This document shows, piece after piece, positions 36,358 to 50,113 of a DNA stretch of 64,000 nucleotides. The stretch comes from Paragordius varius. Taxonomy: Eukaryota; Animalia; Nematomorpha. The stretch's first letter is position 1; the number at the start of each line of letters is the position of its first letter. A model generated the notes under the pieces. The model was given only the letters and a program-made list of their open reading frames with translations, did not search any database and was not told the DNA's origin. The stretch lies in assembly GCA_964247055.1 (NCBI GenBank), contig OZ176055.1:930001-994000 (forward strand), in the 5' to 3' direction. A program made the position numbers and the translations under genes.

Positions 36358-39300
36358 TGCTTGAAACGCAAAAAACTGATTTTATATTCCCCCATCAATC
36401 TTTAAATCCTCAAAATTCCCATGATATGAGTTTTACAAACGGCAATAATCATTCTCAAACACCTGTTGAAGGGTTAATGGAGGAATTGGTATTTTACTAA
36501 TTACATTTTAATTATTTGCTAAATTTAAAATTTTTAGGAAAAGTTTTTGGATATTCTCTAATTTGAGCCACTTAAATAACGGTAAAACCAGTTTAATTCA
36601 CTTTAAATTTCTAAATAATATATTAATTTAGAATGGAGATTTTGATTTCATTAAATATTCTAGCCAAATATGGCTTCTTCAAAAATCACTTTTTGAAAAC
36701 TTGTGTAAACGAGTTTAAAAAACAGTAAACAATTATATTTTTAAAAATTATTTTCAGATATATATTTAATATATATATAAAGCTTAAGTAGGAATTTTTC
36801 CTATTGACATTCTTATGGACCCGTATAATCCATAAGCTGCTCCCTAATGCAACAATATGAATTATCATGATTATTATTTAATTAATAAGGTGAAAAGGAA
36901 AAAAAAGTTTTGAAAAAATGTATACCCTTAATAACACATTCCAGTAAAATGTATACATTAGTATTAGCGTATAGTATAAAAGAAGTTTATACCATATTAA
37001 TGTTAAAAGATGGATAAAAAACGTTTTTTTCTAGTCGCTTTTGTTTTTTTACTATACGCTACTGTACACTAAATTTATTTGGAAGTCTACTTCCAATTTA
37101 TTTTGCTTGCAAAAATTGGTCATTTTTGTGAAAACATGTGACCAATAAATCTGTTAATACGGTGTGGTGTAATGTACAGCTTTAAGTGATTAATTATTCG
37201 ATTGCTAATAGTATTGTTGACAACATTTACTGATCAAATTATATAAAACTGAGATGATCGGAGTTGGCACACATTCCTGTTAATATGGTATCGAGTCGTC
37301 ACATTTATAAAAGTTGAGACATTGTTTCAAAAAACATTGAGACATAATCAGACAGATAGAAAACAGATGACGCTTTTTTAAAAACTGTTTTTTAAAAGAC
37401 TTTTTTTCATTATGAATAATACAGTTGAGTACCAAATATATGGCATATACAAAAAGGGCAGTATTATTGGCTTATAGTTATTTTTTTTAGTATTAACTAT
37501 TATTAGCCAATAATAATTCTCTTTGCTGCATAGGTTATTTGGCAATAATTAATAACTTTCTTTCTAGCAATATATCCACTTTTTCATACTGTAATTACAA
37601 ATGGTATAACTTTACTGACTTTTAATTCAAATTATTTTTAGTTTTTTTTGGGTGAGGCTTGAAGAAAAGATTTGAAATTATTATCCAAATCTGTAATTAC
37701 TTATGTATGCTTAACCAAAATTTTATAGCCTTCTTCTCATGTTGTTTGTACCGTCTGATAACTAATATATTTAAAAAATGTTTGTACTGTACTATCTAAA
37801 GTTAATCAAGCTATCATTTTATTTTATTTTGAGAAATATTCTTGATCTATAAAAGTCTTTTTATTGGGGAAAAAAGAAAAAATGCAAATATCTGCAATTT
37901 TTACGCTATGCGCCTAGTAAATAACCAACCTTTTAAGCCAATGGCTATTAGAGTTCTTTAATTGGTGAATAAATAGAGAAAAAATGTACATGTATTACAA
38001 AATTTTCTTGTTTAAATAAGATAGACAGTCATGTATCCTTTATTTTGTCAAAAATTTATTTTCTTTCGTTAAATATGGGTATATATATTTGTTAAAGAAT
38101 GGAAAAAAAAACAAGAGCTCTATGGTATTAACAATATCATATTAATCAAAAAAATATAAGAATTACTACCATAGAGCTCTTGTTATTTTTCATTCTTTAC
38201 CAAATATTTATACCCGTTTAACGAAAAAAAAATAAATTTTTGATAAAATAAAGGTACATTAAGTATAAATATAATTTAACCCAACAAGTATAGCTCACAT
38301 AATTTATTTACCATCGTTCTGCTCCAATATATATTTATTTTAAACCAATAAAAATATCTCTTTACTGTTTATATGTAAAAAAGTGGCATATAAAATTTTA
38401 TTGTCCATATAGAGGCGCAAATACATTAAACCCTTTGATGTTTCCGAGGAGCAATTAGTGCGTATGATGATTCTACTGGGCCAAGAAATGGAGATTGGAC
38501 TTTCCCAGGAAGGCCATTTGAGGAAAACGCCCGTGCAAATGGAAAACACATATGTTTCCGAGCTGTTGGATGGAACTGGTATGTAATAGAAAATATTAAT
38601 AATTTAATAATTACAGTATTATACAGACAAATGTGTAAAATCTAAAAAACAACCCCATACTTTTTAAATTTATATTTCATAACTGCAAAATCAATATTGT
38701 GGTTTTAGAGTTTATGTTAAAAAAATTAAGGTTAAAAAAGTATGGTTGTTTTTCAAAAATAATATTTGCCTTTGTGTTTTTACATTTTGTCTGTGTAAAT
38801 TGTTAATGAAAATTTTTTGCACTAATTTTTTAACATCTCAAATACTATATTAGGCTTAAAAATATATTCTCAAAATTTTTTAAACTTACCTTAATTTATC
38901 AAGTTTTAACAGGACTAAAGACAAATTTTTTATATAAAGAAATTGAATAAATGAGCAATTATGCTGTCAAAATGATGTCGTTTGCTAAGCAGATTACGTA
39001 AAACCATTTTTTGCGCATTTGTGTTTGTCCTTAAAAATATATGATACATAGACAAAAAAAGATAACTTTGGAATTGTTGCATAATTAATTTATGTGTTTT
39101 GATATGGATAGTTATATGGTTAAAAAATTTGCCAAAAAGGCTTTGTTTGATGTGGTAATTTCGGCATTTTTTTCTCAATTATGCCTTAATTTTTTTTGTT
39201 GTTTTTAATTTTTGTTCATAATTTTTCTTGTAACTTTAATGACAAAATGGACCCAAATATTAATTAAAAATGACAAATTAAACAAAACATATTGTTTAGG

Positions 39301-41985
39301 GGGGATTATATACAAATCTGGGGTTGAAATATAATTAATAGAGTAACGAGAGCTATTATTGGCCATTTCGATATTTTAAATGGCTAAATGATGCCTTATT
39401 TACATGTGTGTGTTGTTTTGCATTAGATTTTTCATTCATTAAAATATTTCCAACAGGCGCCATTGTATTTTCCTCTGATTTTTAATTAACACTTTCTCAC
39501 CTTTTACTTTATTGTCTTGGTTTACCTTTTGGGGTGATTTATCTCATGAGCTCAATTTTGAAAATGCAGGAGATAAGTAAGTATACATTGCTAGAAATTT
39601 ATTAATTATTGCCAAATAGTAAATACAATAGAGGGCAGAATTATGGCTTATAGTTATTTCTCACTTATATTAGCCAATAATACTGCCTTTGCTGTATTTA
39701 CTATTTGGCAATAATTAATAAATTTATAGCAATCTATACTTACTCATACTGTAAACTAGAGTTTTGGAATTTATTGTAGTTAAAAATTAATTATCTAATA
39801 TTGTTTTCATGTATTAGATAAAAAGTTTATTTTACAGTTTTTGACTATTAAAGTCTAAAATTGGGACAGCCCTAAAAGGCGATTGGAACGAACAGCTGTT
39901 ATTAAAATCGCATCAAGTTTTTGCAAAATGTAGCCATAAAGCTTTATTAAGTTAATTATTTACATTTTCTAACCATAATATACGTTTGTTTGCCTGTTGC
40001 AATAGCAATTGCAAAAAATATAGATAAAAAATGGCGACAAAAAAGGTTGAGATGAGGATTTTTTACAATTTTATTTTTTAAAAAATGATTTGTATAATGC
40101 GCCTCAAAGGCTAATGAAGGCATATTTTTAAATTCCGCTTAATACCTAATATATTTTTAAGATATTGAAATTTCAAATCGCTTGGCCTATAAAATTAACC
40201 CAAAGGTGATCGAGTATTAAATATCTAACTAATTTCCAACAACATACATGTAAATTAAATTGCCTTTTATTTATTTAAAAAACCGTAATTTCCATTTATA
40301 TCTTTGTAATCAATGATAAATTGATTGAATATGGCTGCGGCATCTGACTCCGTGTAAGATTTACACTCTGTCGCTCTTTGAATATTGTCAGCCCTGGGAA
40401 GGCTAGTGTTTAGTAGGAAATTTATGAGTCTCCTTTATAATTTTTATGTACACTCTAAAGAGTAGTATTATGCCTTACAAAGGTCTTTTAATTGATGAAT
40501 GGAAAAAGGTTATTTTATACTAATCAGATTGTCTCATATTTTGAAAAATAATATCGACAAACAAAAAAACACATATCAAAACAATTCTCAATAAAACGCT
40601 CAATCTACTTGTATTTTTAAGTTAATTATGTTATTCTTTCAATTTTTTACAGAACATGGATCGTACTTAGCTATTGATTTGGGCGGAACGCGGTTCCGCG
40701 TTCATTATGTAACGGTCGATGGGTCCAACATATCGGCTCAAACTACACCATACCCATTACCTCAAGACATTATACAAGGCGAGGGGAAAGATGTATGAAA
40801 TTAAATTTGGTTTTGGATATTTAGAAATTATGTGAAAAAAATCATTTTTAGAAACGTTTTTTGTTTTTGTAATTTCAACGGATCTTTTATGACCCTTTGA
40901 AAAGCGAAAAAAAATTAGGTTCGTTCTCTTGAGGAATACGTTCTTATAGAGCAACGGTTATATAAAAGTGAGACCTATTGTTTTTAACCTTGCGATAACG
41001 GTTTTTATGGTCTGTCTTTGTTCCAAACCCTATACAAAATTTTGTTTGCAATGTAAGGCTAATTAATTATCTTTTTTAAATTTAAAATTAGAAATATTTT
41101 TAATTTGGATGGTAATATATTTACATGATATTAACAAGGTAAATATGTATTGAAAACCATATTTTATTTTTTTGAGATAAGGAATAAATGTAGTTTATCC
41201 GTTAGAAATATAGATGTTCTCACTAAATATAGTTTATAATTTATCTTACAAGTATTCCAGAAGCATAAAATGTTCGATAACAACACTGTAAATTTATTTT
41301 TGAACCTAGCTAGACCAATTTATGGATATATATCATGTTATCACATATATAATATTAACCGATATGCCATTCCACAATTTATATATGGCTATTATCTGTC
41401 ATTTATTAACTATGATATTTGTCAAATTAGTTTAACCATAATATTTTATAATATTTTAGCTTTTCCGTTACATTGCCACGTGCCTTTCCTCATTTCTGGA
41501 TGAAAAAAATCTTAAGTCTCGATGCGACCAATTATCACTCGGTATATACAGTAACAACAAAAAATGTATAGTTAGAAAATGATTTAATAATAAATCAAAA
41601 TTAGCATTTATACAAGATGTGTTAAAAGCTAAATGGAGAATAGAGACATTTTTTAGAAACAAGTGCAATTAATGTGTAATTTATAAAATAAAGTAAACTA
41701 GCATACGATAAGGTGGTTAATTTGTTGGAGCAAAAGGTCAGGCTTGAAAAATTTAAATATTAATAGGGTTTTTTTTCAAAAAATAAACTATGGTCTGCTT
41801 TTATTACAGCAACTAGCCTTATTAAGTCACTTTATTGGTAAATAATGAATAAAATGTAATATGAACGCAGGCATCATTTTTATCCATTAACTCTCAAGAC
41901 CCATATAAGATGGCTATTCTTATACAAAACAAATATTAATTATATACTGCTAAATATATAACGTTTTATCTGTAAAATAACAGTA

Positions 41986-42037
<52 letters not shown>

Positions 42038-45000
42038 ATATTAGGTTTTTGTTTTTCTTTTCCAATCATTCAAAAATCCCTAAACTCCGGACTTCTCCTC
42101 GTTTGGACCAAAGACTTTAAGTGCTCGGGCGTTGAGGGTAATGATGTGGTTGCCATGCTCAAAGAAGCTCTTACAGAACAAGTATTTAAATGAATATTTC
42201 TCAAAAAAATAAATCCGATATAAGTATGATAAACGATTTAGAAACAAAGAAAGGCCATTTTTTTCTTTTAAAAATACTCCCATTTTTAACAGGCGAATTT
42301 TGGGTTAACGTAAAAATAAATGCTAATAAATGAATTTTTTATTAATTTTTATGTGATAATATTCAACAGGGACTCAATATTAAAGTTTCAGCCATATTGA
42401 ATGATTCAACAGGAACGCTAGTTGCTGGTTCCGTGAAAGACCCAACCTGTTGTATGTCTGTCATAATTGGTATTCATTTAAATGTTTAAATTAATTTATT
42501 CTTTAATTACGGGAATAAAATATTAAAATAAAAAATAAAAGAACAATTTATCATACCATGACTTTTTTATAATCCTATCATTTTGGGGTGTGCAATGTAG
42601 TATAAAAATGTAAATTTATAACAAATATAATTTTTCCCAATTGTAATCATTTATATACAGAAAAAATCTTAGTTAAAAAATATGACCTTTATATTTTTAA
42701 TGTATTCGTCACGCCAAAATTTATCTAAAATTTTGAAAGATTTTTTTCGTCAAATTGTTTTTTTATTGTTTCTTTAAAAAAATACAGGAACGGGAAGTAA
42801 TGCAGCCTACTTGGAAGAAATCGATAATATTGGAATGTGGGAAGGACACAAGCATCATACTGGAAAATTTGTAAGGGAAATTTAATAGGCTATACGCATT
42901 TTTGGTATTTAACATTTCTAAAAAAATTCCCACGTAAAACGATTTTGGATTTTTGGCGAAAATCTTTTTACAAAAATGGTTTCTTTTCCAATAGGAAAAA
43001 CACAGTTTAACATTAGGACATTAATGATTTTTTTTATTATAGTCCGTCATAGATATGGAATGGGGTGCATTTGGAGATAATGGCATAATAGATTACTTGA
43101 AGACTCCTTTTGACCACATTGTGGATCGAAATTCGAAACATCCCGGATCTTTTTCGTAATAAAAAATTCTGTTAGTTTATAAATATAAAATTTAAATGAG
43201 AAAATAAATTTCTTTTGTAATAATAACCGCAGTTTTGGAATAAAATCCAGTCATTATAATACAATTATATAGGTTTGAAAAGTTGTTTAGTGGGTTATAC
43301 CTGGGTGAAGTTTTTCGCGAAGTCCTACACGATTATTGGACAAATTATCATATTGTGCCCGTGCATAATAATGTGCAAAATAGCCATGAAATGGATAATA
43401 TTGATAATCATAAGAAAATCTTCCAAAAATCCGAACAACAAAATGGAGAAATACCCAATGGTGTAAGGGCTTTAATTTCGTTAAGCTTTGATCTACTATT
43501 ATTTGTTCGTCCGAAAATCTTTTAAACTTGTAGTAATGATAAGATTATAATAAAAATGCAAAAAAATACCGTTTACCCAGCCAAACGATTACAAAAAATG
43601 CTTTGCGCATGCGTATCCCCGTTTTATTCGTCTGATTTCGAGTTTTTGGGCAAAATATTATAAGAAAGTTTTTGACGCTAAATATATTCTATTCAATATT
43701 CCTATTTTTATTTAATATCCTTTTTAATTTACTAGAAAAATGTTTTTTGCCAGGAATATCCATAATTTTTCTCATTTTTTATTTTTTTATAGTTTCTAGA
43801 AAACAATCACAATACAACATCAGAACAATATGGTATATCTAAGCAAGAAAACTTAATAAATGTTAATGTATCTAATTCTGCCCTGGGCGATAATCAATTA
43901 AACCAAATCAATACAAATAACCACCTAAATAATAAAACAAATGGCCATAATCCAAAATTATCCTCAAATAATATCATATTTAATAATGCCAGTTCTATAT
44001 CTGAAATTCATGATATCAATGAATCCCATCTAATGGATAAAGTAAAAATTTTCAGCCAAAAATGGGGTTTACCGACCAAATGTGTGTCTGGAATCGAAGA
44101 GGCGTAATAAATTTGTCCTTTAATCCTATTTTAATTATTTTTCAAAAATACATTTTCCTTAACTATTTTTCCGTATCTAGCAAGTTAAACAACATGTATA
44201 AAAAGTGTGGATATATTTTTTGAATGAAAAAGTGTTAAACTTAAATAAAGAATGTTACTCATTAAGTGAGACAAGTCGCTCTCTCCTAAAATGAAGAGAA
44301 AGCTGAATCTAATGATTCAACCTTCTTGTCCAGCCAATTTTAAAAGTTTTATGAAGAAATTTATGATATTACATAATATTTTAACCGTATTAAATGAATC
44401 ATTTTCATTAAAAAAAAGTTCTGTTATTTTACGATACAATGCTACATGTGGTTAATTTAGTTGGAGAATTAATTGCCTAATTAAGGTTAAAAATACCATT
44501 TTCCATTACAGGGGTTACTAACCTCTTTTTAACAAAAAAATAACTTTAAAATCTACATACCCAATATTTCAATTCAAAATTGGCCAAAATATGCACGAAT
44601 TTGATCTCTTAAATCAAATGTAGACGACTTATTTCGAAACAAATATAAACTGCAACCTGAAATAAATCGAGGCATTAATATATAATATATTTTTTTAAAA
44701 AAAAATAGGGCATCCGTAGGTGATGAAGAACGGTTTAACAATATTTTGTTGAATGAATTGGGCATATCACCTGATTTTCTAACAGCTGTCGATAAAACTT
44801 TTATGAAAGAGTTGTGCGCGGTTCTCATTTCCCGGGCAGCAAAATTGGTGGCCGCAGGTTAGATAAGTCGTTTTTTTTAATTTTTTTAAATATGAATTTT
44901 TTAAATGATTTTAAACAACTCATAAAAAATTTTTAGTGTTAATATAAGACAAAATTAAGTTATAGGCTATCATTTGTTAGTATTTTATAATTTTAAATTT

Positions 45001-45792
45001 TAAAGCCATTCATTTAAAAATTCAAACTTTTTCTCACAAACATAATTTAAAATATAGGTTTAATTTTTCATAATATTTAGAAGCCGTCCTAGAAATTAAA
45101 GTTTATATATTGACTAGAATATTAGGCTAAATGTCATTTTTTTTAGTTTACGATCACTCTTTTAAAAAAGGTTACTTGTTAATATTTCAACCTGAAATCC
45201 CTTATTTTTCCATTTTATCTGGGTATTTTTGATCATTTTGAATTCTTTTACAAATATTTTTTATTCAATAGCAATGGCCAGTGTGCTACACCGTATGAAA
45301 CGAAAGGAATGTGGAATAGCTATAGATGGAAGCATGTATAAACTTGTACCTCGATTACATGCGCTCATTGTACATTGGCTAACCAAATTATATCCCCATG
45401 GGCAGGTATTGACTTGCTACATTAAAAATTTAACGATCAGCTGATTTTAACGGCTGTTTTAAGCGTTTTTCGTACAAATATTGCAATTATTGTAAAACAA
45501 ACTAGGTGCTTATATTTTTTACAATTGCACCATATTGTTAGACCGGGATTTTTTTGGCTAACCTATTTTTGCGAATAAATTTAGCATAATTGCAATATTT
45601 TGGCAGTACTGTAACCCCAAACTATAATAATTACTAATAATGTTTTATCTTTCATCTATTTAATTTTAGGTCAAAATATTTTTGAGTGAGGATGGGAGTG
45701 GAAAGGGGGCAGCTTTAGTTGCTTCAATAGCTGACCGACTTTGTCACAAATTGTCCAATTGTCAAACGCTTCAAACTGATTTGAAAACATGA
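36358..45792 (+). CDS. Hexokinase, single ~50-kDa-type domain with a large insertion, ~13 exons
   Basis: In-frame exons from ~38411 to 45792 carry [82 protein letters not shown] and [13 protein letters not shown]. The first exon (36358-36489) is tentative: open and in phase, but not conserved. Confidence 0.92.
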
Positions 45793-45972
45793 TTGCGCCT
45801 TTAAATAATGTCCAACGCATATTACAATCAATGATACATTTTTGAGGCGGGGAATCGGAAAATTAAATTTAAACTACAACAATTATAATATTAATGATAC
45901 TGGAATACATATTGTCCAACAATTTATATTTATATATTGAATTTTATAAACCTAACATTTTTTATGGTTTCT

Positions 45973-46017
<45 letters not shown>

Positions 46018-48235
46018 AGATTTTTCGTATTTTTGATTTGTGTTTACTATACATGTTTTTGTCTACAAACTATACGCCAAATATTCCCGTCTTATACTTA
46101 AATTTTAGGATTCATTTATCTTTTATTAAACTTTAAATATCCAAGAATAATGTATATTCATATTATATAATCATAAAATAAATTAATTATAATTCACAAA
46201 ATGTGTTTTGGGGTAAGATGGGATTTTTAACAACCTGCTTAGAAGAAGAATATGCCAAAATGACGCATCAAGAGCTTAAAATAAATAAAATGCTTTAAAA
46301 ATGTTTATATTTTTTTAGATTTAAGAATAAAAACCGAAATTCGTAATCGTTTCTAGTTTATATAACCGAAGATTATTCAAAAAATGTAACCAGAAAACGC
46401 GCGGTTATAACACCATCCCTTATGTCATTCCCAAATGCCTAAAAAATACGTATGCAAGCTTAATTTTGTAATAAGCATCATTTAAAAATGCGTATATTAA
46501 TTTTCCATAAAATTTTATTTAAATACTTTATAGAGGTAGATGTTGTGTAGTTTAGTATTTAAGTATTTCTTTATAAAAATCCAACTGAGCACTCAGTCCC
46601 AAAATATACGATTTATTTCATTTTCACAATCTTTACGTTTTCCGTGTACTAGTTCATATTTTTATAATAAAACTAGTATTGACGATTTGGAATTTTTAAT
46701 GGCTACAAGGAGATTTAATTTACATTTATTTTGCTATGTATGAGATATATTGTCATTATCAGTCACATATTCGAAATATTTTTAGATAAAAAGAAATATT
46801 TTATGTATGGCAACTAAACACAGAGTTTAACCTCCATAACCCAATTAAAATATCGACATGGCCAATAATACCTGTCCTTATGTAATAATGCGTATTCCTA
46901 ATTTTATAACTATCACTTAATATATCAAAATGTTTTTCTTATAAATTTTTTTGAATATAATATATACAAATTTTGCCATCTACTATATATTGCGTCATTA
47001 CTGTTTTGAAATAATTTCATTATATCCACAATGTACGTAATTATTTATGTTATTTTCAAAAAAAATTCTCCAAATGTTTTTTTGCTTTAAAGGTGTGCAT
47101 ATATCGTGTGACAGGTACAAACAAGTATTAAAAGGTAAAAAATATTAATCAAACACCTCAAATTAATATTTTGATTTATATTTTATTTTATGATTATGGA
47201 AAATAAAAAAAACATCCATCAAACTTCAAAGGTGTAAATTTCAATTAAGCTAACAATGTATAATGAAAAAATTTACGATTTTACCGCCTAGATATGATAT
47301 GAGAGTTATGGCTTTTAGATTAGATAAAAATCAAATATATCGTGTGTGTTGTATTATATTTATAAACTTTAAAAAAGGTAGAATTAATAAAAACTCTTGT
47401 TAAAAAGTTAATTGAACAACAACTGAATATAAAGCCAAGCGTCCATTTAATTTAAATGATCGTTTGGCTTTATGTTTTTTCATTAAAACATTTGACGTTG
47501 CAAAAATGAAGTTTTTTTCATAAATCAAAATACTCGTTAAATGGACATCTTAATTATACGTAAAAAAATATTTATTGAAGAGAGACAGAGAGAAGGTCAT
47601 TGTCCAAAAAAACGAGACAGAGAAAGAAATCAATAAAATGATGTAATATTACAACAGACAGATACATCATAACAATTGGAAAGCTTTTTAAGGCATGTTA
47701 CAAACTTTTCGTGTTTATATTCTCTAAGTCCAAATTCAATAAATGTTATTAGTTGTCACACTTATGACTCAAATATTTGAAAGTTGTCTCTTCTCCAAAT
47801 TAATTTATTTATAAAAAAATTATTGTATATATTAAAAATGAGTATAAAAATATAATAGATATTTGGGTGTAAAACTCTTGTCATAGACATCTATCTATAA
47901 TATAAAAATAAATTTTGTACATATCCAATAATTCTTCTCTGTTATAATATAAAATTATATTTATGTTTCATATTCAGCTGTTATTGGGCTTGGCTTTATG
48001 ATGTTTTAGTTACCAAAAGATTAAAATAAATCTCCTTTTTTTGTAAAAAATGCGCTTGCCACGTGATCGTTTTTTATTTCATTGACGGAGATTTTGGCTC
48101 ACAAAATAATTTATGTGACAATATCGCGACAATTATTTTTGCCAAAAAAAGATGTGTGAGTTAACTGACAATGTATGACATTCACGGATATGTGATATGT
48201 AATGAAATAAAACTTTTATATGTATATGTATATTG

Positions 48236-50113
48236 TCATGAGCTTGTGGTCCGAAAACGTTGTTTTAAAAGTAAAAATGTATTTTTGTTGTTTGGCACAT
48301 TACATTTAATATTTTGAGCATTATTTTTATTATCAATTTTATAAGTGTTGGTTATATCAGTAGAATTTTCGTTCAAGTCAAAATTCAAATTAGAATCATC
48401 TTGCTTAGGATCTTGAGAAAGTGTGCAATTATTTTCAAGACAATTTTCCGTTTCGCAGTCATCTTTTGGGTGTAAAGGCAAGATAGGATCACTGTTTGAT
48501 AACGTTTTATCATTGATAAGGAGTGATTTATCTTTAGAAGAAGTCGTAGTGTTTTTGCATTTTTTCATACGCATGGATTTATGTTGAGCAATTATGGAGT
48601 AATTGGATGCTAAAATACCGTTGTTTTTGGCTTTGGCATAATGTAGGGAAAAGCGTTCACTAAATGATTTTAATAAACAAGTTAAGGATGTTGAAGAATT
48701 TTGAGAATTTGAAACAGATTCGACTTTGGTCGGCTGCTCCGTTGATGTGTTTGGGGAATGCAAATTTTTAGGAGATTTTTGGGTTTTTGGAGATGAGTCA
48801 GTTTTTGTGGATAAAACTAATCTAGAAGTTTCTGAGCGATCCAATGATGTTGAAGTCATTTTGTGACAAGGACAGCCACAAAGATCACACTGTCTATTTT
48901 GGTCGTCAAATAAACAAGGCGTTTTTAGAACATGATTGTTACTGGGGTAAGGAATAAAAGCCGATACTTGTTGTGGACTATTATCCATTAACTTATTATC
49001 TGCCGTAGTCTGATTAGATGAGGAATTATTATTATTATTATTGGCATACATATTGTGGGCCGTGACAAAATTGTTAAGGAGTGTGCACCATTTCTTAGAT
49101 GTAAGCGCAAACGAATTCCAATATTCTTTGCGGTTTTTGACATCTTCGCTGCTACTTTCATCACAAGAAACGGGGTCAGTTTTGAAACGTGCGCCAGTAG
49201 ATTTTTTATGGCGTTTATTCTTTTTACTCTTTGTGGCGGAACCGGATTTGGTTTGTTTGAGATTAGTGGTTGATGAATTTGCATTTTTATCAGTATGATG
49301 AGGCGAAATTGTGTCAATAGTGTCCTGTGACGAGGAGGGCAGTGAACGTTTTGAGAGTCTAGTTTTACGCAAAGGAGGTGCTGTATGTGGATGAAATAAC
49401 ATTTCAGGCCCAGAGCCAAGCCTTTCATCCTCAAATATGATAGGCATAGGTGTGATTATTTTCGAGCGTTCGGACACAGATCTAAACCGTCTATTACCAA
49501 CATTGCTACTACTGGCAATATATGGAACGGTTAAATTTATTGAATCTTGCGCAGATGCACTGAAAGTCGCAGTTGTAGTTCCAGGCACTGTAACCAATTG
49601 AAACGCAGTTTTTCCGTCAACTGTTGTTTTAGCCGTGTGTTTAAGGACGAGCCTTCGATGCCGAGAGGATGAGGAGGTAGAATTTCCAACCAAAGTATAC
49701 CCATTTAGTACGATGGTTGTGGGGCGTTTCCCACCCTTTTCAGACGCATAATAATTGTATGATGGGTGTTTTGATTTAACTACGATAGGTGAATCTATGC
49801 TCATATCACTGCTATTGGCTGAGGCAGACGAATGCAATATATTACCGTTAGAAGTTGTTGCAGTAGAGTAAGGCATTTTAATGTATTGATTGTGTTTTGA
49901 AAAGCGACTTTGAAGGACTACAGATTTATTTGTGGGTGCAAGAATTTCAGATTTCGGAATTAATCGCTTCACGTGACTAGCGGCGCCAATAAGACCTCCT
50001 CCATAAGCCAATTGTTTTGCATTGATAAGGGTTGAAGGAGTGGGATATCCTTTTTTAGGCGTAGTTGTATAAAGAGAATAATTTGATTTGATTACAGGTA
50101 CTAAGAGGGCCAT
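48236..50113 (-). CDS. Hypothetical 625-aa Ser/Thr/Asn/Lys-rich, probably disordered protein (single long exon)
   Basis: A 1878-nt open frame with raised GC in DNA where stop codons are otherwise dense. No recognisable domain. It could have unseen upstream exons. Confidence 0.75.
   Translation of the reverse strand: MALLVPVIKSNYSLYTTTPKKGYPTPSTLINAKQLAYGGGLIGAASHVKRLIPKSEILAPTNKSVVLQSRFSKHNQYIKMPYSTATTSNGNILHSSASANSSDMSIDSPIVVKSKHPSYNYYASEKGGKRPTTIVLNGYTLVGNSTSSSSRHRRLVLKHTAKTTVDGKTAFQLVTVPGTTTATFSASAQDSINLTVPYIASSSNVGNRRFRSVSERSKIITPMPIIFEDERLGSGPEMLFHPHTAPPLRKTRLSKRSLPSSSQDTIDTISPHHTDKNANSSTTNLKQTKSGSATKSKKNKRHKKSTGARFKTDPVSCDESSSEDVKNRKEYWNSFALTSKKWCTLLNNFVTAHNMYANNNNNNSSSNQTTADNKLMDNSPQQVSAFIPYPSNNHVLKTPCLFDDQNRQCDLCGCPCHKMTSTSLDRSETSRLVLSTKTDSSPKTQKSPKNLHSPNTSTEQPTKVESVSNSQNSSTSLTCLLKSFSERFSLHYAKAKNNGILASNYSIIAQHKSMRMKKCKNTTTSSKDKSLLINDKTLSNSDPILPLHPKDDCETENCLENNCTLSQDPKQDDSNLNFDLNENSTDITNTYKIDNKNNAQNIKCNVPNNKNTFLLLKQRFRTTSS

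Noticed and set aside
36530-36870. Extra hexokinase exons between the putative first exon and 38411
   Set aside because: Candidate acceptors lead to in-frame stops, and direct splicing to 38411 keeps the frame.
48988-49434. ORFs overlapping the 625-aa gene (48988-49434 -, 49041-49298 +, 49055-49273 +)
   Set aside because: Shadow frames of a GC-richer coding exon.
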